DNA from: Candidatus Acidiferrales bacterium
GTDB taxonomy: Bacteria; Acidobacteriota; Terriglobia; Acidiferrales; UBA7541
Direction: 5' to 3'
NCBI GenBank assembly: GCA_035272605.1
Contig: DATEQM010000016.1
Span: 1 to 61,233 of the forward strand
DNA: 61,233 bases
Made by a program: the position numbers and the translations under genes. Positions 47,311-57,054 of this stretch are shown here, in pieces. Under the pieces are notes generated by a model. That model saw only the letters and a program-made list of their open reading frames with translations, had not been told where the DNA came from and ran no database searches. Position 1 is the first letter of the stretch. Each line of letters opens with the position of its first letter.

Positions 47311-48162
47311 ATGCGGCAACCCCTGGGCCAGCATTTTCTGGTGGACGCCGGATGGCGCGCGCGCATTGTCGAAGCGCTGCACGTCGCCCCCGGCGACGCC
47401 TGGATCGAAATCGGCGCGGGGCGCGGAGAAATGACCGCCGAACTCGCGCGCCGCGCCCGCCGCGTCATCGCCATCGAAAAGGATCCGCCGCTCTTCCATC
47501 ACCTGCGCCGCCTGGCCGCCGAGGCCGCCAACCTTTCCATCGTCCAGGGCGACATTCTGAAAGTGGATCTCGCAACGCTCATCCGCCGGGAGGAAGAAGC
47601 CGCGCCTGCCGGCTGCGTCTCGGTCTATGGCAGCCTGCCCTATTACATCACCTCGCCCATCCTCCACCGGCTCTACCCGCTCGCCGCGCGCCTCGCGGGA
47701 ATCCACGTAATCATCCAGTATGAAGTCGCGGAGCGCCTGGTGGCGCGGCCCGGCACGCGCGACTTCGGCTACCTCTCCGTGGCCACACAGTTCTACACCC
47801 AGCCGGAGATCGTGCTGCGCCTCCCTCCGGGCGCGTTTCGCCCGCCGCCGCGCGTCACCTCGGCGCTCGTGCACCTGCGCGCCCCGGGAGCCGGGGCGCA
47901 GCTCGGCGTCGAGGACGCGCACGAGTTTCTGGGTTTCGCACAGGCCTGCTTTGCGCAGAAGCGCAAGAAGCTGCTGAACAACCTCCAAGCCCTCGCCCCG
48001 CGGGCGCAGGCGCTCGCATGGCTGGAGGCCGCGGACGCCCCGGTCGGCGCCCGCGCCGAAGAATTGTCGCTCCCCCAGCTCGCCGCCGTCTGGCGCGCCG
48101 CCGCTACTTCGGGGGCAACGTATCGCGCACGGCTACCAGCCGCGCCGGTTGATTCGTCATGA
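47311..48162 (+). CDS. rsmA: 16S rRNA (adenine1518/1519-N6)-dimethyltransferase
   Basis: LGQHFLVD, IEIGAGRGEMT, NLPYYITSPIL-like SLPYYITSPIL. Confidence 0.9.
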   Translation: MRQPLGQHFLVDAGWRARIVEALHVAPGDAWIEIGAGRGEMTAELARRARRVIAIEKDPPLFHHLRRLAAEAANLSIVQGDILKVDLATLIRREEEAAPAGCVSVYGSLPYYITSPILHRLYPLAARLAGIHVIIQYEVAERLVARPGTRDFGYLSVATQFYTQPEIVLRLPPGAFRPPPRVTSALVHLRAPGAGAQLGVEDAHEFLGFAQACFAQKRKKLLNNLQALAPRAQALAWLEAADAPVGARAEELSLPQLAAVWRAAATSGATYRARLPAAPVDSS

Positions 48163-48838
48163 TGCCGTCCACTCCGGCAGCCGCCAGCGCGCGCATCTGT
48201 GCGGGCTCGTCGATCGTCCAGGTAACCACCTTCAGCCCCCGGCGATGCGCGTCCTCGATCAGCTCGGGAGTCACGCAATCGCTCCGCGGCCCGATCTGCC
48301 GCGCGCCCACGCGCACCGCCTCCTTCACCATGTCTTCCCCTCCAGACTCGAACAGCAGCCCGGTCATCACCAGCCGGTCGAGCTGGTGGATGCGGTCCAG
48401 CACCGACCCATCGAAGCACAACACCACCGAGGCCTTCGATTCCTTCCGGCCCCGCAGCGCGCTGATCACGGCGCGCTCCACGCCATATCCCGCGCCGCCT
48501 TTGATTTCCAGATACAGGCTCAGGTCCGCCTGTCCCGCGAAATCGAGCAAATCCTCCACTGCGGGCATGCGCTCGCCCTTGAATTCCTCGGAAAACCAGC
48601 TCCCCGCATCCAGTTTCCGAAGCTCGGCGTACGTAAAATTCTTCACCATTCCGTCGCCGTTGGTGGTCCGGTTCAGCGTGGCATCGTGCAGCACCACCAG
48701 CCGCCCGTCCCGCGAAAGGTGCAGGTCGGTTTCAATGCACTCCGCGCCCATCGCCGCGGCCTTTCGGAATGCCGCCATCGTGTTTTCCGGCGCGGCCAAT
48801 GAGGCGCCGCGGTGCGCGATCACCCAGGGAAGACGCAT
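48104..48838 (-). CDS. Glycerophosphodiester phosphodiesterase
   Basis: VIAHRGAS..APENT...ETDLHLSRDGRLVVLHD GDPD motifs. The 3' end overlaps rsmA by 59 bp (convergent). Confidence 0.88.
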   Translation of the reverse strand: MRLPWVIAHRGASLAAPENTMAAFRKAAAMGAECIETDLHLSRDGRLVVLHDATLNRTTNGDGMVKNFTYAELRKLDAGSWFSEEFKGERMPAVEDLLDFAGQADLSLYLEIKGGAGYGVERAVISALRGRKESKASVVLCFDGSVLDRIHQLDRLVMTGLLFESGGEDMVKEAVRVGARQIGPRSDCVTPELIEDAHRRGLKVVTWTIDEPAQMRALAAAGVDGIMTNQPARLVAVRDTLPPK

Positions 48839-48992
48839 TGGTCGAATATCCTATTGTGCTTCGGGGCTGGGGGGAAGGGGCATCCGCCGCTCTGTGCCAG
48901 GTGGCCGCTGGCCAGCCACCTGCGCCAATCTTGCCGCGCCGGCTCCTCTATCGCCGGCTCCGTCGCTTTGATATCCTTCCCGCCGCGTCGAC

Positions 48993-50471
48993 ATGAACGA
49001 GAGCGCGATAATCGCCGCTGTTCGAGCGGCTGCCGCCCGCCAGCCCGGCGCTCTGGCCGTCGTTTCACCCCGCGAAACCCTGGCGTATGCCGCACTCGAA
49101 CGCCGCGCCGCCGCCGTGGCCGCGCAGCTCGCCGGCGTGCCCGGCGACGTTGTCGGCCTGCTCCATCCGAATTCGCCCGGTTTCGTTGCGGGGCTGCTCG
49201 GCGCCCTCTGGGCCGGGAAGACCGTCGCCGTCCTCCCCTGGATCGCTCCCACGCCTTTGCTCAAACTCATGGCCGCGGAGGCGGGCTTCCGCAGCGTCCT
49301 CTCCGCCGACGAACTCGCGCCCCGCGCCCTAGAAGCCGGCCTCGCGCCGATCGTTGCGGCGCCCCTCGGCGAGTCCTCCCACGCCATCTCCGGCCCGCCG
49401 CTCGCGCCTCGCGCCCTCGAAGCTGCCGTCCTCCTCTACACCTCCGGCACCACCGGACGCCCGAAGGCTGTGGCGCTCTCCGAAACGAATCTGCTCGCCA
49501 ACATCGAAGGGTGCCGCGTGGCTGGCGAGTTCACCGGCGACGATGTGATGCTTGCCATCCTGCCCCTCTTTCATGCCTTCGGCCTGACGGTTACGTTGCT
49601 GCTCCCTCTCGTGCTGGGTGGAAAAGTGGTGCTGGAAGACCGCTTCGTGCCCCGCACCTCGCTCCAATCCGTTGCCGCGCATCGCGTCACCGCCATGATC
49701 GGCGTGCCCAGCCAGTTTCGCCTCCTGGCCAAGGAACCGGGAACTGTGGACGCCGCCTCCCTGCGTCTCTGCATTGCCGGCGCGGAACGCCTCGGCGACC
49801 ACGTCGGCGAAGCCTTCCAGCAACGCTTCGCACGCCCGCTGCTCCAGGGCTATGGCGCCACGGAAGCCTCGCCCGTCGTCGCTTTCAATCTCCCGCGGCA
49901 GAATCGTCCCGGCAGCGTCGGCCTGCCTCTCCACAACCTGCGCGTCACCATTCGCGAGGGCCTCCGCGAACTCCCCCGCGGCGAGCACGGAGAAGTCTGC
50001 GTGGAAGGCCCCAGCGTCATGCTCGGCTATTCCGGCCAGCCGCAAGCCACAGCGCAGAAAATTCCCTCCGGCGTGCTCCGCACCGGCGACCGAGGCTGGC
50101 TGGACGCCGACGGCTTCCTCCATCTCGCCGGCCGCGCCGACGACATGCTCAAAGTCGCGGGTGAAAAAATCTATCCCGCGGAAATCGAACGCGTGCTCGA
50201 ACAAATGGATGGCGTGGAGGAAGCCGCGGTGATCGGTCTGGCTGACCCGGCGCGCGGCACTACCCTCGCCGCCTTCGTCGTCCCCCGGCTGGGCACCACG
50301 CTCGATCCCGCGACTCTGCGCGCCGCCTTCCGCGAACGGCTCGAATCCGCCAAAACGCCGCGAACCATTGCCGTGGTCGAGCAACTCCCCCGCGGCCTGA
50401 GCGGCAAGGTGGACAAGAAAGTGCTCGTGGAACAAGCCGCGCACGCCGAGAGCGGTTCAACCCAAAGGTAG
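48993..50471 (+). CDS. AMP-binding enzyme (acyl-CoA/acyl-ACP synthetase-like)
   Basis: LLYTSGTTGRPKAV, GYGATEASP, TGDRGWLDADGFLHLAGRADDMLKVAGEKIYP, GKVDKK. Confidence 0.88.
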   Translation: MNESAIIAAVRAAAARQPGALAVVSPRETLAYAALERRAAAVAAQLAGVPGDVVGLLHPNSPGFVAGLLGALWAGKTVAVLPWIAPTPLLKLMAAEAGFRSVLSADELAPRALEAGLAPIVAAPLGESSHAISGPPLAPRALEAAVLLYTSGTTGRPKAVALSETNLLANIEGCRVAGEFTGDDVMLAILPLFHAFGLTVTLLLPLVLGGKVVLEDRFVPRTSLQSVAAHRVTAMIGVPSQFRLLAKEPGTVDAASLRLCIAGAERLGDHVGEAFQQRFARPLLQGYGATEASPVVAFNLPRQNRPGSVGLPLHNLRVTIREGLRELPRGEHGEVCVEGPSVMLGYSGQPQATAQKIPSGVLRTGDRGWLDADGFLHLAGRADDMLKVAGEKIYPAEIERVLEQMDGVEEAAVIGLADPARGTTLAAFVVPRLGTTLDPATLRAAFRERLESAKTPRTIAVVEQLPRGLSGKVDKKVLVEQAAHAESGSTQR

Positions 50472-50644
50472 CGCGGGCTTTTAGCCTGCGCGGTCGTCCA
50501 GCAGCCTGCGGGCGCCTGTCGCCATCCCCTCACCTGCCCCAACGATAATTGAAAACACATGGCTTAGCCTGGCAGCCTCCGATTTCGCTTGACAACTCTA
50601 TTGCATATTGCTATAGGCATATAGCGATTCGCAATGGACCGGCA

Positions 50645-51181
50645 GTGACCCTCGGACAGAAAATTCGCTACCTCCGCCTCGTTGAGGGCCAGCTCCGCTC
50701 CCTCGATCGCCCCATGACTCAGGCGGAAGTCGTTCGCGCCGTCCGCAAGGACCTCGGCGAATCCATCAGCCAGGCCTATCTCTCCCAGATCGAAAGCGGC
50801 GCCCGCCCGCACATGACCCACCACACCCGCCAGTTGCTGGCGCGTTTTTTCAAGGTCCATCCCAACTACCTCCTGGACGATCCCGAGGGCTATCACCCCG
50901 AATTGCTTTCCCAGTTGGGCGCGGGCGGATTCACCCTGGAGGCCTGGCTGCGCGCGGGTGCGGAGCAATTCCACCGCGACGCCGAAGTGCACGACGCTCT
51001 CATCGCGCTCAGCGAAAATCCCGAGGCGCGCCGGGCTCTGCTCCTGCTCCATTCCGTGATTGAAGTTCCGGGCCTAGTGGACCAGCTCCGCCACACCCTG
51101 CATCCTTCGCGCCCCGCCGAGGGGCCGCGGAACGGTTATCCCGCCCGGCGGGATGCGCGCTCCCGGAGGAGGCCGTCATGA
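50645..51181 (+). CDS. XRE-family helix-turn-helix protein with C-terminal extension
   Basis: LGQKIRYLRL...MTQAEVVRAV...ISQAYLSQIESGAR HTH. Probable GTG start at 50645; the stop overlaps the NfeD start by 4 bp. Confidence 0.68.
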   Translation: MTLGQKIRYLRLVEGQLRSLDRPMTQAEVVRAVRKDLGESISQAYLSQIESGARPHMTHHTRQLLARFFKVHPNYLLDDPEGYHPELLSQLGAGGFTLEAWLRAGAEQFHRDAEVHDALIALSENPEARRALLLLHSVIEVPGLVDQLRHTLHPSRPAEGPRNGYPARRDARSRRRPS

Positions 51182-51819
51182 CTCTTTCCAATTTCTTCCT
51201 GCTCTGTTTTCTGGTGGGCTTCGCGCTGAGCCTGCTTTCGTTCCTGTTCGGCGCGCTGCACCTGCATCTGCCGCATCACCCCAGCGTGCACGGCGTGTTC
51301 CACCACAGCGCGGCGCACGCGCCCTCGATGGCACGCGCCGGAGCAGGTGCGGCTCACGCCGGCGCGGCCGCCGGCAAAGGCCTCGCCGGACGCCAGAAAG
51401 GCGGCGCGGCGCCGGTCAATTTCATGACCGTATGCGCCTTTCTCGCCTGGTTCGGGGGCGTGGGGTTTCTGGTGACGCGTTACTACGCCCTGGCCGCCGT
51501 GGCTGCGGTGGGCGCGGCCCTCGCCGGAGGACTCACCGGTTCCTCCATCGTCTTCGTGTTCCTTGCCAAATTCCTGCTGCCGCACGAGACGCAGCTCGAT
51601 CCCGCCGACTTCGAGATGGTCGGCACACTGGCCACCGTGACCCTGCCGATCCGTTCTGAAGGCATCGGCGAGATCCAGTTTTCTCAGGAAGGCACGCGGC
51701 GCTCCGCTTCCGCCCGCAGCGAAGACGGCCAGGCGCTCGAGCGCGGCGCGGAAGTGGTCGTGGCGCGCTACGAGCGCGGCATGGCCTATGTCAAGCGCTT
51801 CGAGGAGATGGTGAAGTAA
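51178..51819 (+). CDS. NfeD-family membrane protein
   Basis: N-terminal TM helices and a C-terminal OB-like segment GTLATVTLPIRSEGIGEIQF...GAEVVVARYERGMAYVK. Lies immediately upstream of a flotillin gene, the classic pairing. Confidence 0.72.
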   Translation: MTLSNFFLLCFLVGFALSLLSFLFGALHLHLPHHPSVHGVFHHSAAHAPSMARAGAGAAHAGAAAGKGLAGRQKGGAAPVNFMTVCAFLAWFGGVGFLVTRYYALAAVAAVGAALAGGLTGSSIVFVFLAKFLLPHETQLDPADFEMVGTLATVTLPIRSEGIGEIQFSQEGTRRSASARSEDGQALERGAEVVVARYERGMAYVKRFEEMVK

Positions 51820-51863
51820 ACGAGTTTCGGGCTCATCCAATGCACTCGCCGGAAGGAGGGAGT

Positions 51864-53312
51864 ATGCAAACGGTTATGACTGTATGGATCATCGCGGCGC
51901 TCATGGTCCTCACCGTCCTGTTCCTCATGGTGGTGATGGCCAAGATGTTCCGCAGGGCCGGGCCCAACGAGGCCATCGTCGTCTACGGCTTCCGCGGAAC
52001 CCGCATCGTCAAGGGCGGCGGCACCATCATCTTCCCGATGGTCGAATCCTGCCGCGAACTCTCCCTCGAGCTGATGTCCTTCGACGTGGCTCCCCGCCAG
52101 GATATGTACACCAAGCAGGGCGTGGCGGTCACCGTGGAAGCGGTCGCGCAAATCAAAGTAAGGAGCGATCCCGAATCCATCACCACCGCGGCCGAACAGT
52201 TCCTCACCAAGGAACCCCAGGAACGCGAGGGGCTGATCCGCCTGGTGATGGAAGGCCATTTACGCGGCATCATCGGCCAGCTCACCGTCGAGCAGATCGT
52301 CAAGGAACCGGAGATGGTGAGCGAACGCATGCGCTCCACCTGCGCCGAAGACGTCAGCAAGATGGGCCTCGAAGTCGTCTCCTTCACCATCAAAGACGTC
52401 AAAGACAAGAACGACTACATCATGAACATGGGGCGCCCCGACGTCGCCCGCATCAAGCGCGACGCGGAAGTGGCCGCGGCCGAGGCCGATCGCGACATCG
52501 CCATCAAGCGCGCCGAAGCCCAGCGCGCCGCCGCCATCGGAAAAGCCCAGGCCGACCAGGAGCGCGTGCTCGCCGAAACACTCTCCCTCGCCAAACAGGC
52601 AGAGTCCCAGCGCGACTTGGAGATGAAGAAGGCCAATTACACCGAAGACGTCAAGCGCCAGCAGGCCCGCGCCGACAAAGCCTACGAAATCGAAACCAAC
52701 ATCATGCAGCAGAAGGTTGTAGCCGAGCAGGTCACCGTCCTCCAGGTCGAAAAAGAGCACCAGGTGAAGGTCCAGGAAGCGGAAATCAACCGCCGCGAAA
52801 AGGAACTCATCGCTCAGGTGCTCAAAGAGGCTGAAATCGAGCGCCAGAAAATCGAAACGCTCGCCGCCGCCGAACGCCAGAAGCGGGTCGCTGAAGCCGA
52901 AGGCCTGGCCTCCGCCATCCGCGCCCAGGGCCAAGCCGAATCCGAAATCATCTTCAAGAAGGGCGAAGCCGACGCCAAGGCCATGCACGTCAAGGCCGAA
53001 GCCTACCAGGAGTGGAACCAGGCCGCCGTCGTGGACCGCCTGATCTCCTCCCTGCCCGAAGTCATGCGGGCCATTTCCTCGCCTCTCGAAAAAGTGGACC
53101 GCATCACCATCGTCTCCACCGGCAACGGCGATTCCACCGGCGTCAGCAAACTCTCCGGCGACATGGCCAAGATGGCCGCGCAGGTTCCCGCAATCTTCGA
53201 AGCCCTCTCCGGCATGCAGATGTCGGAGCTTTTCGCCAAGGTCCGCCAGATCGGCGCAGCAGCTCCCACACCGCCGGCCGCAGCCGCGCCCGCAAAACCG
53301 GCTGGGGACTAA
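51864..53312 (+). CDS. Flotillin (SPFH/Band-7 family)
   Basis: N-terminal membrane hairpin, SPFH domain, and a long Ala/Glu/Gln-rich flotillin coiled coil (AEAQRAAAIGKAQADQERV...). ATG 51864 follows ggaaggaggga. Confidence 0.88.
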   Translation: MQTVMTVWIIAALMVLTVLFLMVVMAKMFRRAGPNEAIVVYGFRGTRIVKGGGTIIFPMVESCRELSLELMSFDVAPRQDMYTKQGVAVTVEAVAQIKVRSDPESITTAAEQFLTKEPQEREGLIRLVMEGHLRGIIGQLTVEQIVKEPEMVSERMRSTCAEDVSKMGLEVVSFTIKDVKDKNDYIMNMGRPDVARIKRDAEVAAAEADRDIAIKRAEAQRAAAIGKAQADQERVLAETLSLAKQAESQRDLEMKKANYTEDVKRQQARADKAYEIETNIMQQKVVAEQVTVLQVEKEHQVKVQEAEINRREKELIAQVLKEAEIERQKIETLAAAERQKRVAEAEGLASAIRAQGQAESEIIFKKGEADAKAMHVKAEAYQEWNQAAVVDRLISSLPEVMRAISSPLEKVDRITIVSTGNGDSTGVSKLSGDMAKMAAQVPAIFEALSGMQMSELFAKVRQIGAAAPTPPAAAAPAKPAGD

Positions 53313-53368
53313 GCCATGTCGCCCAGCACCACACCCACGCTGTCATTCCGAAGCCCGGCCCTGCAGGT

Positions 53369-53391
53369 AGCACAGGCTTTCAGCCTGTGCT
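53369..53391 (+). repeat. TTCA-loop GC-rich hairpin (family member)
   Basis: ggt-agcacaggc-tttca-gcctgtgct, a 9-bp perfect stem downstream of the flotillin stop. Confidence 0.55.
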
Positions 53392-53452
53392 CCTCGGGCC
53401 CGGGCCGAGGACTTCCCTTTTCGGTGCCAAAGATTTCGCAAGGAGGAAAGTC

Positions 53453-54121
53453 ATGGGACTCATGGAACGAGTAAGCACGCTGATCCGCGCCAACCTGAAC
53501 GACCTGATTGACCGCTCCGAGGATCCGGAGAAGATGCTGAAGCAAATCCTGCTGGACATGCAGAACCAGCTCCTGCAGGTCAAGACGCAGCTCGCCATCT
53601 CCGTCGCGGACCAGCATCTGCTGGAAAAGAAACGCAAGGAAAACGATGAAAAAATGGCCGAATGGATGCGCAAGGCCGAGCTCGCCGTGGACAAGAAGCA
53701 CGACGACCTGGCCCGCGCCGCCCTGGAACGCTACCAGAGTTGCCAGCGCCTCGAAGAAGGCTTTTCCGAGCAAATCGAGGGGCATAAGCTCCAGGTCGAA
53801 GCTCTGAAAAAAGCGCTCCAGAGCCTCGAGCAGAAAATCGGCGAGACCAAATCCCGCGCCGAAATGCTGGCCACGCGCCACCGCCGCGCCCGCGCCGCGG
53901 GCCGTGCCAACCGCGCCGAACGCGCCATCCGCGAAGGCGCGTCGTCCCAGGCCTTCGACCGCATGCGCGGGAAAATCGTCCGCGAAGAAGCCATCGGCGA
54001 CGCCGAAGGCGAACTCCTGCGCGACGACCTCGATCTGCGCCTCGCCCAGCTCGGCCGCGAGGACGAAATCGATAAACTCCTCGCCGAAGTCAAAGCCCGC
54101 CGCCCCGCCGCGGCCTCGTGA
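53453..54121 (+). CDS. pspA: PspA/IM30 family protein
   Basis: MGLMERVSTLIRANLNDLIDRSEDPEKMLKQILLDMQNQL is the canonical PspA N-terminus; coiled coil throughout. RBS aggagga. Confidence 0.9.
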   Translation: MGLMERVSTLIRANLNDLIDRSEDPEKMLKQILLDMQNQLLQVKTQLAISVADQHLLEKKRKENDEKMAEWMRKAELAVDKKHDDLARAALERYQSCQRLEEGFSEQIEGHKLQVEALKKALQSLEQKIGETKSRAEMLATRHRRARAAGRANRAERAIREGASSQAFDRMRGKIVREEAIGDAEGELLRDDLDLRLAQLGREDEIDKLLAEVKARRPAAAS

Positions 54122-54339
54122 TCAGGCAGACCGAAGGCCATTGAGTGCGACAGGATGTGGCGCATCTCCGCCACATCCTGTCGCACTCGTTGGGCCGCGA
54201 TTTCGCGCTCCAACCGGCCCGCTCGAATTGCGAGCCGCCTTTTACCATTCGGTGGCTTTGGCCGCGTAACCGCCTGTGCCTCTGCCCTGCCCTTCTTTCA
54301 CCCGTCTCCGTTCCCCGTTACACTATCCGCGCGGAAAAA

Positions 54340-56928
54340 ATGCCTCGCAAATCCCTCGCCGATTTCGTCAACGAACTCGACCGCCGCGGCAACGCCCCGG
54401 CCTGGGCGCATCACCGCGGCTACCGCACCGAGCGCTGGAGCTACCGCCACACAGCGCTCGTGGCTCGCCAATTCGCCCGCGAACTGGAAGCCCGCGGCGT
54501 CCGGCGCGGCGAGCGCGTCCTGATCTGGGGCGAAAACCGCGCCGAATGGGTGGCCGCGTTTCTCGGCTGCATCCTCCGCGGCGCCGTGGCCGTACCCATG
54601 GACCGCACCGCGGCGCGCGAATTTGCCCTGCGCGTGGCCCGCGACACCCAGTCGCGCCTCATCGTAGTCGGCCGCGACCTGCTTTCCTCTTTCCCCTCCT
54701 CTACTTCCTTCCTCCTCCTCGACGAACTCTCGCAAACCCTCGCGCACCATGCCGACGCTCCCTACGATTCTCCCCCGCTCACTCGCTCCGACCTGGCCCA
54801 GCTCGTCTTCACTTCCGGCACCACCGCGGAGCCGAAAGGCGTGGCCATCTCCCACGGCAACCTCCTCGCGAATCTCGAGCCGCTCGAAGCCGCGATTCGC
54901 CCCTACCTGAAATACGAATGGCTCGTGCATCCGCTCCGCTTTCTCGATCTGCTCCCCCTCAGCCACGTCTTCGGCCAGTTCATGGGCATCTGGGTGCCCC
55001 CGCTGCTCGGCGGCACGGTGTTTTTTCACGACACGTTGAACCCGGCGGAAGTGACGCGCCTGGTCCGCCGCGAGCGCATCTCCGTGCTGATTGCCGTGCC
55101 GCGCATGCTCGAATCCCTGCGCGCGCGCATCGAACGCACCGAAGAGGCCGCGGGCCGCCGCGCGCAATTCCGCCGCGATTTCGACTGGGCCGCCCCGCAA
55201 GGCCGCGTCCATTTCGCCCGCCGCTGGTGGCGCTTCCGCCGCGTGCACAACGAATTCGGCTGGAAGTTCTGGGCCTTCATCTGCGGCGGCGCCGCGCTCG
55301 ACGCGGAGACGGAAGAATTCTGGCGGCGCCTCTCCTTCGTCGTCATCCAGGGCTACGGCCTCACGGAAACCACTTCCCTCATCAGCGTGAATCATCCTTT
55401 CCAGCGCTCGCAGGGCTCCATCGGCAAAGTTCTTCCGGGGCGCGAGCTCCGCCTCTCCGATTCCGGAGAAATCCTGGTGCGCGGTGAAAACGTCGCCGCC
55501 GGCTACTGGCAGGGCGGCGCATTCCGGCCCGCGGCGGAGAGCGGATGGTTCCACACCGGTGACGTTGGCTCTCTCGACCCCGCCGGCAATCTCTTCTTCA
55601 AGGGCCGCCAGAAAAACGTCATCGTCACGCCGGAGGGGATGAACGTCTATCCCGAGGATCTCGAAGCCGCCCTCCGCGCCCAGCCCGAGGTGCGCGACTC
55701 GGTCGTCGTGCCCCTGCCCCGCGATAAAAATGCGGAGGCTTGCGCCGTCCTCCTGCTTCACGGTGACGCCGCCGGCTCGGAGCAGGTCGCGGCGGCCGTC
55801 GTCCGCCGCGCCAACGAACGCCTCGGCGCCCACCAACTCATCCGCCACTGGCGTCTGTGGCCCGAAGAAGATTTTCCCCGCACGGGAACGCAGAAGCCGC
55901 GCACAAACCTCATCCTCGAACGCGTTCTCGCTCTGGAACGCGCCGCCGCGGGATCAACTTCTGCTCCGCAAGTCGGCCCGCTCGCCGAGCTCGTGGCCCG
56001 AGTCACTGGCCGCACCCCGCAGGCCCTCGCCCCGGGCGCCACGCTGGATCGCGATCTGGGCCTGAATTCCCTCGAACGCGTCGAGCTGATTTCCGCCATC
56101 GAAGACCGCTATCAGACCGAGCTCAGCGAATCGAGCGTCACCGAGGCGGCCACTGTCGCCGACCTCGGACGATTGCTGGACCAGAAGCCCCCAGTTGGCC
56201 CCGCCTACGTCTACCCCGCATGGACCCAGCAGGCCTGGCAGCAAGCCATTCGCGTTCTCGTCTATTACCTCTTCGTCTGGCCGGCCACGCATCTGCTCGC
56301 GCACCCGCGCATCCGCGGCCGCGAGCATCTGTCCAGCCTCGCCGACGGGCCGGTGCTCGTCATCTCCAACCACATCACGGAAATTGATATCGGCTTCATC
56401 CTCGCCGCGCTCCCCGCGCGCCTGCGCCATAGCCTGGCTGTGGCCATGATCGGGGAGCGTCTGAGCGACATGCGCAATCCGCCGCCCGGCACGGGCTTCT
56501 TCCGCCGCTGGCTCGACCGCCTCGACTATTTTCTGGTCGTCGCCCTCTTCAACGTCTTCCCGCTGCCGCAACGCTCCGGATACCGCGAAAGCTTCGCCTA
56601 CGCCGGCGCGTCCGCCGACCGCGGCTACAGCGTGCTCGTCTTCCCGGAGGGCCGCCGCACCCCCGACGGAAATCTCTCCCCTTTCCGCGCCGGCATCGGC
56701 CTGCTCGCCAAACGCCTGAACTTGCCCGTCGTGCCCGTCCGCATTGACGGCCTGTTCGAACTCGCGCGCGCGCACCGCCGCTTCGCCCCGCCCGGCGCCG
56801 TCCGCGTCAGCATCGGCACTCCCCTGCAATTCGCTCCCGGCGACGCCGAGGAAACCATTGTCGCCAGGCTCCAGCAGGTGGTCGCCGCTCTGGAGTGGCC
56901 CGCGAGCACACAGCCCTCTGCCGAATGA
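54340..56928 (+). CDS. Tri-domain fusion: AMP-dependent acyl ligase - carrier protein (ACP-like) - PlsC-type acyltransferase
   Basis: LVFTSGTTAEPKGV, GYGLTETTS, WFHTGDVG...KGRQKNVIV. Then a PP-binding-like LDRDLGLNSLERVELISAIE, a hydrophobic segment, and an LPLAT domain with NHITEID (HX4D) and VFPEGRRT. Confidence 0.85.
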   Translation: MPRKSLADFVNELDRRGNAPAWAHHRGYRTERWSYRHTALVARQFARELEARGVRRGERVLIWGENRAEWVAAFLGCILRGAVAVPMDRTAAREFALRVARDTQSRLIVVGRDLLSSFPSSTSFLLLDELSQTLAHHADAPYDSPPLTRSDLAQLVFTSGTTAEPKGVAISHGNLLANLEPLEAAIRPYLKYEWLVHPLRFLDLLPLSHVFGQFMGIWVPPLLGGTVFFHDTLNPAEVTRLVRRERISVLIAVPRMLESLRARIERTEEAAGRRAQFRRDFDWAAPQGRVHFARRWWRFRRVHNEFGWKFWAFICGGAALDAETEEFWRRLSFVVIQGYGLTETTSLISVNHPFQRSQGSIGKVLPGRELRLSDSGEILVRGENVAAGYWQGGAFRPAAESGWFHTGDVGSLDPAGNLFFKGRQKNVIVTPEGMNVYPEDLEAALRAQPEVRDSVVVPLPRDKNAEACAVLLLHGDAAGSEQVAAAVVRRANERLGAHQLIRHWRLWPEEDFPRTGTQKPRTNLILERVLALERAAAGSTSAPQVGPLAELVARVTGRTPQALAPGATLDRDLGLNSLERVELISAIEDRYQTELSESSVTEAATVADLGRLLDQKPPVGPAYVYPAWTQQAWQQAIRVLVYYLFVWPATHLLAHPRIRGREHLSSLADGPVLVISNHITEIDIGFILAALPARLRHSLAVAMIGERLSDMRNPPPGTGFFRRWLDRLDYFLVVALFNVFPLPQRSGYRESFAYAGASADRGYSVLVFPEGRRTPDGNLSPFRAGIGLLAKRLNLPVVPVRIDGLFELARAHRRFAPPGAVRVSIGTPLQFAPGDAEETIVARLQQVVAALEWPASTQPSAE

Positions 56929-57054
56929 CGCCATCGCACTATCCGTAGGGGCGGACCCATGTGTCCGTCCTCCTCCAATTCGCCCGCCCCTCGGATGAGA
57001 GTATGATGTAGGCCCTCCACCGGCGCGGATGCCGCCACCGCCGGAGAAGCACAC

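Noticed and set aside
48104-48162. The 59-bp convergent overlap of the rsmA and glycerophosphodiesterase 3' ends as a regulatory antisense feature
   Set aside because: It is probably just a slightly extended, non-conserved RsmA C-terminal tail in GC-rich sequence lacking stop codons. Significance cannot be assessed without orthologs.
53410-53452. Sigma54 promoter upstream of pspA (ggtgcc…tttcgca), by analogy with E. coli psp
   Set aside because: The GG-to-GC spacing is ~3 nt too long and the -24 element is poor. No PspF-like activator is adjacent.
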